Shown here piece after piece: positions 1 through 13,700 of a stretch of 64,000 nucleotides of DNA. Below the pieces are notes generated by a model. The model had not been told where the DNA came from and did not search any database. It saw only the letters and a program-made list of their open reading frames with translations. A program made the position numbers and the translations under genes. How positions within the stretch are numbered: position 1 is the first letter of the stretch; each line of letters starts with the position of its first letter. The stretch is taken from the NCBI GenBank assembly GCA_047967505.1, contig CM106538.1; one strand, 5' to 3'. This DNA is from Dipteris shenzhenensis. Its lineage: Eukaryota.

Positions 1-313
1 CTGTGGACCGGACTCCGGCTGCCTCTGCTCCTCCTAACATGGCTGCCCGGAGGGGGGGGGAGGGGGCGGAGGGGGAGGGGGTGGGGGGGGCCGAGAGGAA
101 CTGGCGAATCGTGGACAAATCGCAGCCAAGTGCCCAAAGCCGTGACACCTCAGGCACTGGCCTGGCTGTCCGGTGACCACCATGCTCTGGGTGATGCTGG
201 CGGCATTTGTTACAATCTCAATCACTGTAGGGAGAGTCGCAGGGTCCGCCATAGCCACACGGACTCGGGGGGCTCCTGCCGTAGTCACCGCATCGGCGAA
301 AGTGTCGTGCACA

Positions 314-611
314 TGTAAAGAATAAGGGAGAGAGATAGGAGACTCAAGTTCAGCTTTCTTCACAACACACAAAAGAGAGAGGACACAAGGTTGGAGGGTG
401 AAGCCTTTCTTCACTTTTGCACACAACAACAATACAATAGAAGAGGGAAATACCCTATATGTCAAAACCTAGAATACGTGGTTCATATGTGAACCCAAAC
501 CAAAAACATACGTGGTAGTCTAACTACACCACGAGTACAACTAACATAGGCGGTGACATAAATGATAGTCATCCAGGAGATACGTCGGGGATAGAGCTTG
601 ATATCTCAACA
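314..611 (-). repeat. 3' LTR of A1
   Basis: Direct repeat of 5502-5799; preceded on the minus strand by PPT TGAGGGGGAG. Confidence 0.97.
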
Positions 612-3600
612 CTCCCCCTCAAGCTCAAATCCATCTCACGTACATCAAGCAAGCTCCTAAATCTGCGAAGCTTCTCGGTACCCAATGCCTTCGTAAAGAT
701 ATCAGCCACCTGCTCCTCAGTGCTGACATAGACAAGATCAATCTCACCAGCTAGAACCTTCTCTCTCACAAAGTGATAATGCACCTCAATGTGCTTCGTT
801 CTAGCATGATAAACTGGGTTATTAGCAAGCATGATGCTGCTAATGTTGTCACAATGAATGACAACTGCTGCATGAACTGACTGTCCCATATCTGCAAGTA
901 GCTTCCATAACCAAGCTACCTCACATGCAGCCATTGCTGCACCCCTGTACTCAGCCTCTGTGCTCGACAAGGCAACTGTTGGCTGCTTCTTGCTGCTCCA
1001 ACTGATGGCACCACTCCCAAGGGAAAACATAAAACCACTAGTAGATCTCCTGTCTGAGACACTACCAGCCCAGTCAGCATCTGTGTATCCATGTACCTGT
1101 AATGCACACCCAGCTTCATAAAACAGTCTATAATGCAATGTGGACTTCACATACCGCAGTATGCGCCTAGCCGCATCCAAATGTGGCTTCCTTGGTGCCT
1201 GCATAAACTGACTCACCAGCCCCACAGCATAGCTCAAATCTGGTCTGGTTATAGTCATGTAAATCAAGCTACCTACTATGCGCCTATACATAGTAATATC
1301 TTCAAGAAGCTCACCTGACTCTGCATTGAGCTTCACATTCTGCTCCAATGGAACAGAAATAGGCTTACAGCCTGTCATCCCATATTTGGACAGCATGTCC
1401 AAACCGTATTGCCTTTGCAACAGCCATATCCCACTCGGGGATCTAATAACCTCAATGCCCAAGAAGTAACACAGCTCTCCCAAATCCTTCATCTCAAATT
1501 TCTGCTTCAATAGCAGCTTCACTTCATTAATGTCTGCATCACTATCACCTGTAATAATCAAGTCATCAACATAGATGACTATAAGCACAATCCCTCTGTT
1601 TGTCCTTTTCACATAAAGTGAAAAATCTGAATTGGAAATCTGAAATCCAATAGTGACAAGATATTGCCCTATCTTGTCTGACCATGCCCTCGGCGCCTGT
1701 TTTAAGCCATACAAGGCTTTGCGCAACCTGCATACAAAATCGGGGTGTGCTTTATCCTCATAACCTTCTGGCTGCATCATATAAACCTCTTCCTGCAAGT
1801 CACCATGCAAGAAGGCATTTTTCACATCCATCTGATGCAAAGACCATCCCTTTGCAGCAGCCATAGCAATTACTGCTCTCACGGTTGCCATCCTTGCAAC
1901 TGGGCTGAAAGTTTCCTCATAGTCAATTCCATATGTCTATGCAAAACCTTTGGCAACCAATCTTGCCTTGTACCTGCTAACAGACCCATCAGCATTGTGC
2001 TTTACTTTGTAAACCCACTTGCAGCCAATAGCCTTCTTATCATGAGGCAAAGGCATCAAATCCCAAGTGTGGTTTGCATCCAAGGCAGCCATCTCTTCAT
2101 CCATAGCTGCTTCCCAATTTTTATGCCCTGCTGCGTCCTCAAAACATGTGGGCTCTGGCTCCTCTAGAACCTTGACCATATAAGCATAGTGATGTGCTGT
2201 ATACCCATCATATCTCAGCCTGTCAACTGGATACTTAATATGAGTGGACCTCCGTACCACTGGATCAGTTGCAGGCGTCTTTAAATCATGCCTGCTTTTC
2301 CTTGCACCAGGTGTAACAACTGAAGGAATCCCAAGTTCCTCATCAAGGCTCATTTCAGAGCCACTTGACTCTCCATCAACATGAGAGCTACCAGCAGACA
2401 CATCAAACACTGGAGCATGGTCCACTTTTTCTTTTCCCTTATGTGATACCTGCACAACACTATCAGGACTGCCATGTGACGATTCACTAGATCTCAATCT
2501 TCCTGTCCATGCATTAGATCCACTAGTAGAGGACTCTCTGGGTCCACTCAAGGCTTGAGATTGCTGCTCTGCATTTATTGCAGCATTCCCATTTCCTGCA
2601 TCTGCATCTCCTACCATAACAGTTGGTGCATACCAGCTGCTCATTTCATCAAAAACAACATCTTTGCTCACTTGCATTTTGCGGGTGGAAGGGTTATAAC
2701 AGCGATACCCTTTCTGGTGCTGAGCATATCCAATAAAGATGCATTTTTCTACCTTTGGATCCAGCTTTGTTCTCTTCTCATCAGGAACATGAACATAAGC
2801 TATGCAACCAAATACCTTCAAGTGAGAAATATCTGGTTTTTGGCCTGTATACATTTCTTCAGGCGTCATGCCATGGACAGCTGCAGTGGGGGTTCTGTTC
2901 ATAATATAAACAGCAGTTGCTACTGCTTCAGCCCAAAAATAATCAGGCATGTTTTTCTCATTTAGGATCGCCCGTCCTACTTCTGCAATATGCCTGTTCT
3001 TCCTTTCTGCAACCCCATTCTGCTGAGGGGTAGACCTGCATGAGTACTTCCTTTGAATTCCCTGTTCTTTCAGATATTTACAAAATTCTTCTGAAAAGTA
3101 CTCTCCCCCTCCATCAGATCTTAGCACTTTAATATGCACACCTTTCTCTTTTTCAACCATGGCCTTAAAAGCCTTGAAATGGCTGAACACTTCACTTTTG
3201 TGCTTCATAAAATAAATCCACACCTTCCTTGTGTAGTCATCAATAAACGTCACATAATAATGGCATCCACCAATAGAAGCAGCTTTGGTTGTCCAAACAT
3301 CTGAATGGATCACTTCCAAAGGTCTTCTGCTCACCTTAGCATTTTTAGGAAATGCATGTCTGGCCTGCTTACCCATTTTGCATGCTTCACATACCTTTTG
3401 CATTCCCTCAACTCTGAATTTAGGCAAACCTGCAACAATGTTTTTCGTTTGCATAGATTTCAGCCTTTGTATATTCACGTGCCCAATGCGCTTGTGCCAT
3501 ATCTCAATATCTGCAATGACACCTCTCCCATGCGCAAACATAGCAGCTTTCACCTCAGGCATATCAACATCCAAGGTGAACATTCTTCCATTTTTGTTGC

Positions 3601-4924
3601 CTTTCGCAACCAAGCGGCATTTATTTTTCAGGTCTTCAACAAAGCATCCATCAGGATTAAATCTAACCTGCAGACCTTGCTCAACCATCTGGCCAACTGA
3701 AACCAGGTTCTTAGTGATTTTTGGAACATGAAGTACATCTGCCAAGTACTTCGTTTTGCCATCCTGCATAGCCAATGGCACTTTACCAACCTGCGTAATT
3801 GGGTGCGCAGTATCATCACCTGTTTCAACATAACCTGGCTTATCCAAATTTCTGACATCATGAAACCACTCACCATGACTGGTCATGTGGTTAGAGGCAC
3901 CTGAATCAACATACCAAACATCATTGCAAGCTGCAGCATCTCCTGACATGGAGTTAACCATATGCTGCATCACAAAAAGGTGCTCATTTCTGTCGTCACC
4001 ATGCCCACTTGATGATGCATAGTTGCTTTGCTGCAACTTTCCACTTTTGATGTCATTCTGCTTTTTATAGCATGTATTCTACTTGTGTCCAGGCTTTCCA
4101 CAATAATAGCATTCTGTGCTGCTATTTACTTGCTGGTTCCTTTGCCATGAACCACGGCCTCTTTGGCTCCCGCTGCCTCTAGAACTACCACGTCCTCCTC
4201 CATAGGACTGGTTTTCCTGTTGTTGCTGTTGGTTCTGATTTCCTGCACGGCCACCAGAACGGCCTCTTCCTCTACCCCTGCCTCTACCTGTATTCGAGTA
4301 GAAAGCAGTCTCTTGAGAAGTTGAGGTGGCTGAACCACCATTCCTTTGCTCTTCACTCAGCAAGAGAGCAATAAGTTCCTGAAAATCAGGAAATGTTTCA
4401 CGGACTCCAATGGATGTCTGAAACTGTGCATAATCTTTCCCAAGACCATTCAAGGTCACGGACACTAAGTCCTCATCATCAACAGGTGCTCCAATGGAGG
4501 CAAGAGAATCTGCAAGGCCTTTCACCTTCAAGGAATACTCATTTATATTCATATTTTTCCTTTGCACATTGTGCAACTCCTGCTTTAGTTGCATCTTTCG
4601 TGCTTTGGTATTTGTGCTATACAGCTTCACCAATGTATCCCATGCCTCCTTAGGCGTCTCTAGATCCTGTATATGCACAATCATAGAATCTGAAATGCTA
4701 ACGGACAGCCAATACAGGCATTTTCTGGCTTTTTCATGCCATTCTTTAAAGGCCTTCAATTCAGCAGGAGTGGGAGCAGCACCCAAAACTGGTTCTGCAG
4801 TTTCACCACTGATGTAATCCCAAACTCCCTTTCCCATAAAGAAGTTTGTCATCCTGAACTTCCATGCTTGGAAGTTGTTCTTGTCAAGCTTCTCACTGAC
4901 AATGGTAGACAGATTCTCAGACAT
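569..4924 (-). pseudogene. Copia gag-pol polyprotein with two in-frame stops (4079-4081, 1937-1939)
   Basis: MSENLS start, gag, CYYCGKPGH knuckle, WYVDSGAS protease, WHKRIGH/CEAC and SDGGGEY...ERKNR integrase, YVDD RT, DADWAG RNase H. Confidence 0.95.
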
Positions 4925-5489
4925 TTTACAAATCACGAATTGCAACAGCAACCTGTAAACACAGCAAATGCCTCAGAAGGGCAAATAGCAAAACTTCTGC
5001 AAAGAGCCTCACAGGGGCAGATCTCCAACACTGACGAAAGTGGTATTTCACCACACAGTCACTTCCTCGTGACGATTTTGCATCAACAGGCAACAGGCAT
5101 GAATCTGCAACTCCCAATATCTCTGCACATAGGCACATGATGCAATTTCTGTGGCACCTTTCCACCGACTAGCCGCGCGGTGGTCGCACAGCAAAAACAG
5201 GGCCTTTTTCTGAGTGCCTGCGAAGAACTTCCGCCTTCAAAACGGGCCCCGAAACGGCCTCAAATCAAAAAAATAAAGTCACCGAGGGGTTCGCCCTCTC
5301 CCGTAGCATATACTGCGCTCTCGCTGCACCGCGAAGGGCCTCTCAATCTGAAGCAGTGCACTCCTACACTTCTGGCTGTGCTACCTGCAAAGATTTGCTC
5401 CCAAACTCGAAGTAGGAAAGCAACACTGGTCCTCTTACCAGGACACCACAAACTTGGCTTTCTTTCTTGAGCTCCTTACCACGAACAAG

Positions 5490-5501
5490 GCTCTGATACC
5501 A
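5490..5501 (-). promoter_or_regulatory. Primer-binding site (tRNA-iMet)
   Basis: TGGTATCAGAGC directly inside the 5' LTR. Same motif at 11406, 16550, 47917, 51871 (+) and 23822-23833 (-). Confidence 0.95.
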
Positions 5502-5799
5502 TGTAAAGAATAAGGGAGAGAGATAGGAGACTCAAGTTCAGCTTTCTTCACAACACACAAAAGAGAGAGGACACAAGGTTGGAGGGTGAAGCCTTTCTTC
5601 ACTTTTGCACACAACAACAATACAATAGAAGAGGGAAATACCCTATATGTCAAAACCTAGAATACGTGGTTCATATGTGAACCCAAACCAAAAACATACG
5701 TGGTAGTCTAACTACACCACGAGTACAACTAACATAGGCGGTGACATAAATGATAGTCATCCAGGAGATATGTTGGGGATAGAGCTTGATATCTCAACA
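5502..5799 (-). repeat. 5' LTR of A1
   Basis: Direct repeat of 314-611, adjacent to the PBS. Confidence 0.97.
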
Positions 5800-6399
5800 G
5801 CACAACCCAGCCAAAGTGGGAGCCTAGGTCCCTGACAATCGGCTGCAGCTCAGTAGCAAGGCCTGGAAAAACTAGCGTCACTGGATGGCGAGGTATGCGG
5901 AACCGAGCATCAAAATCCACTGCACTGAATCCACGGTACCAAGGGACTATCATAATGATCTTTCCATCCACAGACGTGGGGGAACCAACAATCAGATTGC
6001 TCGCAGCATTCGCATTGGAGAGTTTGAGCCAGAAGATGCCCCTTCCCATAAGGGCCATCTCCTCAATATGGCCATCCTCTAGCATGAGAGTGGACTGGCG
6101 CCAGTCCCTGATGGCTAATCTGGAGGGGGAATGTCCAATGACTCTGCCATAGACAGAGGTAAGGGCAAAGTCATTGGCAACCTCCTGAACTCGAGACGAT
6201 TGTTGCTGTCAAGATAACATGGTAGGCATCTGGAGAGGGAGGGTCCGACTGGGTAGGGAGCCGCCATACCGCCAAGACAAACTGCGAGACCTCCGATGAA
6301 GAAGAGGCTGCCACCCAAAAAAGGGGGGATAGATGCGGGGGGGTGGAGCCTGGGTGTGAAGAAGATGGGTGAGGCGAACCGAGGCGACGTGAATCAGGT

Positions 6400-7062
6400 G
6401 GGGGAAGCGGAGGCGCAGGCGAGAGCGGAGGTGAAGAGAGGGCGGAGGGCGGTGGAAACGAGGGCAGGAGGCTGGGAGGTGGAGGTGGCGGGGGGTGGGG
6501 GCTGAGGATGGAGGGCGGGTAAGGTGAAGAGGCGGGAATGGGGTGGGGCGGGGCGGGGCGGGAGGGCGGGAGGGGGCAGGGCAGAAGGGCGGGGTAGGAG
6601 GGGGTGGGGCGGGGCGGGGCGGAAGGGCGGGAGGGGTGAGGGGCAGGTGTAGCGAGGGGCAGGGGGACGGGGGGGAGCGAAGCGGGGGGGCAGGGGCGGG
6701 CGAAGTGAGGGGGCGGGGGGGTGAGGCAGAGAGGCTAGGAGGGGGTGAGGCGTAGCGAGGGGGCAGAGTGGGATGGAGGGGCGAGGGGGATGAGGGCAGA
6801 GAGGTGAGGGGTGAGGGCGGGGGAGGGCGGGTGAGGGTGCAGCGGGGTGAGGCAGAGGGGCGAGGGGGTGACCGCGGAGAGGCAAGGAGGTGAGGGCGGA
6901 GAGGCGAGGGGGTGAGAGCAGAGGGGCAAGGGGGTGAGAGCGGAGAGGCGAGGGGGTGCAGGCGGCAGCGGCGGGGGTGAGGCAGAGGGCGAGGGGGTGA
7001 GGGCAAAGAGGCAGGGGGGGTGAGGGCAGTCGAGGCAGGGGGGAGCTAGGGGGGGGTAGAGG
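6400..7062. repeat. G-rich low-complexity tract in LINE 5' UTR
   Basis: Degenerate GAGGG/GGGGC units; positional equivalent of 40980-41445. Confidence 0.9.
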
Positions 7063-7308
7063 CTCAGGGGGGTCACTATGTATAAACCCTCTATACCACA
7101 TGCGTTCAAGGCATATTTCCAAAATCCCTTATCTGTAAATTTTTCATTAATAAAATGTACCCCTTTTCTATACAAATCTGTAAATTTTTTCCAAAACTAT
7201 TTTAAATAGTCCCTTATGTATATTTATTTCTGTAAATTTTAGAAATAAAAAATATCGTTCTATTGAACTCACGTGATAGGGTTACATATGATGAGTGACC
7301 CCCCCGAG
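7063..7308. mobile_element. MITE, 246 bp, 8-bp TSD
   Basis: TIRs CTC(A/G)GGGGGGTCACT; TSD GGTAGAGG at 7055-7062 and 7309-7316; AT-rich interior; absent from the second LINE copy. Confidence 0.85.
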
Positions 7309-7354
7309 GGTAGAGGTTGCAAGAGGGAGGGGGAGGGCTCACAGGAGCTAAGTC

Positions 7355-10077
7355 CTTTTGTCACTTTTATTGACGACTACAGTAGAAAAGTTTGGGTGTA
7401 TTTTATGAAAAAGAAAAGTGAAGTGCTTGGGTAGTTCAAAGCTTTTAAAGCAATGGTTGAAAAAGAAACAGGCTTGCAAATAAATGCCTAAGGTCAGATG
7501 GAGGGGGAGAGTACCTCTCAAATGAGTTTGCAAGGTTCCTACAGGAGCATGGCATAAAGCAGCAATATTCATGCAGTCATACCCCATAGCAAAATGGACT
7601 TGCAAAAAGGAAAAACAGGCATATTGGAGAGGTATCTCATGCCATGCTGAGGCCATGCTCAACGAAAAAGACCTGCCATATTTTTACTAGGCTGAAGCAG
7701 TTGCTATAGTAGTCTACATAATGAACAAGACTCCCACTGCAACAATACATGGCATGACACCAGAGGAGAGGTATACTGGTAGGAAACTAGATATTTCTCA
7801 TTTGAAAGTTTTTGGTTGCATTGCCTATGTTCATGTGCCAGATGAGTTGAGATCCAAGTTGGATCCAAAAGCTTAGAAGTGCATCTTTATTGGTTATTCT
7901 CTGCAACAGAAAGGGTATAGATGCTATAACCCTTCTATTCATAAGTTTACAGTAAGCAAAGATGTTGTTTTTGATAAGATGAGCAGCTGGTATAAACCAG
8001 TAAATGTGGTTGATGATGTAGATGCACAAAATGGTAATATTACACAGAATTCATAGTAGCAATCACAAAATATTAGTGGACCTATAGTGTCCTCTAGCAG
8101 TCGTTCACATACTTTGCCATGGACAGGCAGATTCAGATCAAGAGAATCTCCTCAAAGCAATGCAGATAGTGGTATGCAGGTATCACGAAAACGAAAAGAG
8201 AAAGTAGATCATCCCATGGTTGATGTGAATGTAGGTAACTCTTATGTGGATGGTGAATCCAGTGGCTCAGAACATAGCATTGATGATGAGTTGGGTATTC
8301 CTTCTATTGTTACACCTAGAGTAAGGAAGACTAGGGATGTTTTGAGAGCACTTGGTAGTGAGCCTATTCTGCGCAGGTCTACCAGAGTCAAGTATCCTAT
8401 GGATAGGCTGAAATATGATGGATTTACAGCCATTCACTATGCCTATATGGTGAAAGTGATACAAGAACCAGAACCCACTTCTTTTAAGCAAGCCATGGGA
8501 AAAGAAAAATGGGAGAAAGCCATGGATGAAGAAATGGATGCCTTGGAAGCAAATGCTACATGGGAATTGGTGCCTTTGCCTAAAGACAAGACTACAATTG
8601 GCTGCAAGTGGGCCCATAAGGTGAAGCACAATGCAGATGGTTCTATGAGTAGATACAAGGCAAGATTAGTTGTCAAGGTGTATGCACAGACATATGGCAT
8701 TAATTATGAAGAAACATTCAGTCCGGTTGCAAGGATGGCAATTGTAACAGTAGTCATTGCTATGGCTGCATCGAAGGGATGGTCTTTACATCAGATGGAT
8801 GTAAAGAATGCCTTCTTGCATGGCGATTTGCAAGAAGAGGTCTATATGGAGCAGCCACCAGGTTATGTGCATGATGTTCATCCTGAGTTTGTTCGCAGGT
8901 CGAAGCAAGCACCCAGAGCATGGTCTGAAAAGATAGGACACTATCTTGTCACTATTGGCTTTCAGATTTCCATGACAGATTTCTCACTTTATGTGAGAAA
9001 AACAGAGAAAGGTATTATGCTGCTTGTCATTTACGTTGATGATTTAATCATCACAGGTGATAGTGATGAAGATATCCTTCATGTGAAAATGCTATTGAAG
9101 TAGAAGTTTGAGATGAAGGATTTGGGAGAGCTGCGTTACTTCTTGGGCATTGAGGTGATTAGATCCACAAGTGGGATATGGCTCTTGCAGAGGCAGTATG
9201 GATTAGACATGCTGTACAACTATGTGATGACAGTAGGCTGTAAGCCTATTTCAGTTCCTTTGGAGAAAAATGTGAAGTTGAGTGCAGATACAGGTGAGCT
9301 TCTAGAAGATCCTACTATGTACAGACGCATAGTAGGATGTTTGATTTATATGACTATTACCAGGCCAGATTTGAGCTATGCTGTTGGGTTGGTAAGTTAG
9401 TTTATGCAAGCTCCAAGGAAACCGCATTTGGATGCGACTAGACGCATACTAAGGTATGTGAAGTCCACATTGCAATATGGACTATTTTATGAGATTGGGG
9501 TTTAGATATAGTTGCATGGATACACTGATGCTGATTGGGTTGGTAGTATTTCTGATAGACGATCTACCAATGGATATGTGTTTTTTTTGGGAGTGCTGCA
9601 ATCACTTGGAGCAGCAAGAAACAACCTATAGTTGCCCTGTCGAGCATAGAGGCTGAATAAAGGGGTGCAGCAATGGCTGCATGTGAGGCAGCTTGGTTGC
9701 ATAAGCTACTTTATGATATGCATCAGTCGATAGATGGGCCAGTTGTCATTTATTATGACAACATGAGCAATATACACTTGGTAAATAACCCAGTCTATCA
9801 TGCTAGAACAAAGCACATTGAGGTGCATTACCACTATGTGCGGGAGAAGGTTCTAGTAGGTTTTATTGATCTAGTTTATGTCAGCACAGAGGATCAGGTA
9901 GCTGACATATTCACAAAGGCATTGGGCATAAAGAAGCTGCGCAAGTTCAGAGACCTGCTTAGTGTGCAGGAATTGGGATTGAGCTCAAGGGGGAGTGTTG
10001 AGATATCGAGCTCCACTTGTGATATGCCAGGGTGACCATTGTGCATTTATGTCACCGACTTGTTAGCTGCAGATGCA
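7355..10077 (+). mobile_element. Decayed copia family D fragment (integrase to start of 3' LTR)
   Basis: IN/RT/RH motifs with many stops; PPT then LTR from 9996, cut at about 10077. Confidence 0.92.
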
Positions 10078-10839
10078 GGGGGATGAGCATTTTTTGAGTG
10101 AAATCCTTCGAGCATCCGAGCGAAGGAAAAGAAAAAGCTTCCAACTGTGCAAAAATATGACAAAAATGGATCAAAAGAAAACATAGTTTCACTTAGAAAT
10201 ATGAAAAGTATTATAGGAATGCCTATTTCATACACGAATATTTATGTGAATCTTTGGGAATGGTGAGAACATAATGGGATGTCTTTTGAAGAAACCCACA
10301 TGTAGAGTAGACTTCTCTATGAAAACTCCCTTATTATCCTTCTTATAACTTTTTACTTAATAGGGGGTGACATTGAAAAACCTCTCTCAACCTATCTTTA
10401 TGAAAGGGTTTCTCCAAAGAAAACTCATTGAAGCAAGCCATCAAGGTAGTTTCGTCAGCGAAACCCCTTTGAACAAGCTCTTTCAAGGTAGTTTCGGATA
10501 GCACTTTTAAAAGTGACATAAATTTGACATCCAATGTCCAAATATAGTCATTCAGCCACTCAAATTGATCAAAAAACCCCATTTGAGCACATCTATGGGG
10601 TTATATTTTGGAAAACCTTGCATATATAGTATTAAATATTACATGTATTTTATGAGAGTGATATATAAGCCCAAGTTAATACTTATTTAGAGTAATTTAA
10701 ACTTCTGTAGAAACATGTCCATAAATATCTTGTTATTAATACTATAAAAACACTTGAAAGATATTGCCATATGATATAAATGTGTTTAATAAGTAATTAT
10801 TTATGTATAATATTATTATATTGAGAGTGATTATAACAT

Positions 10840-11054
10840 GTCCCTCCCCCTCCCCCTCCTCTCCCCTTCCCCCTTCCCCCTTCCTCACCCCTTTCCCTTT
10901 CCTTCCCTTCCTCACCCCTCTCCCTTTCCCTCCCCTCCCCGTTACCATTCCCCTTCCCTCCCCTCCCCTTCCTCCCTCCCCCTCCTCTCCCCTTCCCCTT
11001 CCTTACCCTGCCCTTTCCTTTCCTTTCCCTTCACCTCACCTCCCCTCCCCTTCC
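10840..11054. repeat. Polypyrimidine tract (~210 bp)
   Basis: Nearly pure C/T (CCCTT/CCCCT units). Confidence 0.95.
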
Positions 11055-13700
11055 TGTTGAGATATCTAGCTCCACTCGTGATATGCCAGGGTGACCATTG
11101 TGCATTTATGTCACCGACTTGTTAGCTGCAGATGCGGTTGGTACACCGCCTACGAATAATAGCTGGATGATAGCTATCCTTATGTACTCTAGTTTGTGGC
11201 TCAGTTAGTATGCCACCTTAGTTAGTTGAGTTTGGTTTGAGACCCACATATAGGGTTCTTCTATTTCTTTGTACTTGAGTTCTTTTGGCTTTCACAATAA
11301 GAAGAGGAAAACTATTTTTAGCCTCCACCTGTGTGTGTATTCCCCCATTGTGCATGTGAGAAAGCTGCAAGTGAGACTCCTTCCCTCTCTCCCACTATCT
11401 TCACATGGTATCAGAGCCTTGTTCATGGTAAGGAGCTCAAGAAAGCAAACCAAGTTCGCGGTGTCCTAGTAAGAGGACCAGTGTTGCTTTCCTATTTCGA
11501 GTTTGGGAGAAAATCTCTTCAGGTAGCACAGCCAGAAGTGCAGGAGTGCACGAGACGCCCTTCGCGGTGTGGCGAGAGCGCAGTATATGCTGCGGGTAAG
11601 GGCAAAGCCCTTGGTGACGTTTTTTTGAAGATTCGAGGCCATTTTGAGGCCCTTTTTGAAGGCGGAAGTTCTTCACAGGCACTTAGAAAAAGGCCCTATT
11701 TTTGCTGTGCGACCACTACTCTGCTGGTCGGTGAAAAGTTGCCATAGAAATTGCATCGTATGCCTATGTGCAGAGATATTGGGAGTTGCAAATTCATGCT
11801 TATTGCCTGTTGATGCAAAATCGTCACTAGGAAGTGACTGTGTGGTCAAATACCACCTTCGTCAGTTTTGCAGATCTGCCCATGTGAGACAAAAGTTGTG
11901 TTTTTTTGTAGTGACAGAATATCTTGCAGTGTTCTGTAATGGCGTCTGATTCTCTTTCATAGATTGCCACTGAAAGGCTTGACAAGAACAACTTCCAAGC
12001 ATGGAATTTTAGAATGACGAATTTCCTTATGGGAAAAGGCTATTGGGAGTTCATTACAGGAAATGAAGAAGAACTAGTTCTTCCTAATGTTCCCAATCAA
12101 CAGGAAATGCAGGCATTTAAAAGATGGCATGAGAGAGCCAGAAAAGTTATGTACTGGCTGTCAATCAGTATTTTGGATTCTATGATTGTGCATATTCAGG
12201 ATGCAAGCACGCCATAGGAGGCATGGGATACTTTGGCAAAAATGTACAGCACAAATATGCAAGCCAGGAAAATGCAGCTCAAAGAGGAGTTGCACAATGT
12301 GCAGAGAGAAAATTTGAGCATCAATGACTACCACATGAAGGTGAAGAAAATTGCAGATGCACTTGCTTCCATTGGATCACCAGTGGAAGATGATGATCTA
12401 GTTTCTGTGACTTTGAATGGTCTAGCAAAAGATTATGCACTGTTCTAGACATTCATTGCCGTCCGTGAAAAATTTCCTGATTTTGAAGAGTTGTTTGCTC
12501 TTCTAATTTCTGAAGAGCAGAGAAATGGGAGTGCATCCTCTTTAGGAGGAACTTCAAAAGAAACTATCTTCTACTCAAATGCTGGAAGAGGTAGAGGCAG
12601 AGGTAGAGGAGGCCGATCTGTAGGCCATGGTAGAAATCAGAATATGCAGCAAACTCAAGAAAACTAGTCCTATGGAGGAGGACGTGGTAACTCTAGAGGC
12701 AGGGGGAGCCAAAGAGGCCGTGGTGGATGGCAAAGAGGCCAAAATGCAAACAACAATGTTGAATGCTACTACTGTGATAAAATGGGTCATATGGCTAATG
12801 ACTGCTACAAAAAGCAGAATGACATTATGAATGGAAAATTGCAACAAGGCAATTATGCATCTTCTAGTAGACAGGGTGATGACAGAAATGAGCATCTATT
12901 TATGGTGCAGCATATGACCAATTCTGTGACAAGTACAGAAGAAAGCAATGATGTGTGGTATGTTGACTCAGGTGCATCAAACCACATGACAAGTCATGCA
13001 GAATGGATGCAGGATGCAAGGAAAATGGAAAAACCAGGATTTGTGGAGACTGGTGATGATACTACACATCCTATTGTGCAGATTGGTAAAATTTCTTTGT
13101 CTATGCAGGATGAAAAAGAAATACCTATTTGATGTATTTCATGTCCCGAACATCACCAAGAACCTGGTTTCTGTTGGTCAAATGGTTGAGCAGGGCTTGC
13201 AGGTCAGATTTAATCCTCATGGATGCTTTGTTGAGGATATGAAAAATAACAGTCGCTTGATAGCAAAAGGAAAGAAGAAGGGCAGGATGTTTACGTTGGA
13301 TGCGGACATGCCTGAATTGAGTGTAGCAATGTTTGCATATGGGACCGATATAGTTGCAGATATTGATATCTTGCATAAACGCATTGGTCATGTCAATATA
13401 CAACTACTTAAATCAATGCAAGCCCAAAATATTATTGCAGGATTGCCTAAATGCAAGGTTGCAGAAATGCATAAGGTTTGTGAAGCCTGTCAATTTGGAA
13501 AACAGGCAAGGAAACCATTTCCTAGGCATGTTCAAGAGAGTAAAAAGCCATTAGAATTAATCCACTCTGATGTATGGACTACTAAAGCTACATCTATTGG
13601 AGGCTGTCACTATTTTGTTACTTTATTGATGACTTCAGCAGAAAAGTTTGGGTGTATTTTATCAAAAAGAAAAGTGAAGTGTTTGGGCATTTAGCTATGG
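11055..13700 (+). mobile_element. Copia family D copy D1, 5' half
   Basis: 5' LTR 11055-11405, PBS 11406-11417, decayed gag, protease and start of integrase. Confidence 0.93.

Larger units (their letters stand above)
314..5799 (-). mobile_element. Complete Ty1/copia LTR retrotransposon, family A copy 1
   Basis: TG..CA LTRs 314-611 and 5502-5799 (298 bp, 2 differences seen); TSD GCACA at 309-313 and 5800-5804; PBS; PPT; gag-PR-IN-RT-RH order. Confidence 0.98.
1..7348 (-). mobile_element. L1-clade LINE copy 1 (5' UTR and ORF1; continues left of window), interrupted by copia A1 and a MITE
   Basis: 1-313 and 5800-~6270 join into ORF1 (GSHFGWV/HDTFADAVTTAGAPRVRV...CLRCHGFGHLAAIC), collinear with ORF1 of the LINE at 40049-40885. 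The 5' end motif GGCTCACAGGAGC (~7340) matches GGCTCATAGGAGC (~41450). Confidence 0.85.

Noticed and set aside
34-465. 143-aa ORF (and MTYRVF... ORFs at 5435, 18476, 23767)
   Set aside because: Begin inside the family A LTR and read into flanking DNA.
1133-5470. Recurrent antisense ORFs in copia copies
   Set aside because: They recur only because the copies are near-identical; no independent motifs.
6209-7175. Pro-rich extensin-like ORFs (also 40819-41397, 10803-11125)
   Set aside because: Stop-poor low-complexity DNA in LINE UTRs and the polypyrimidine tract.
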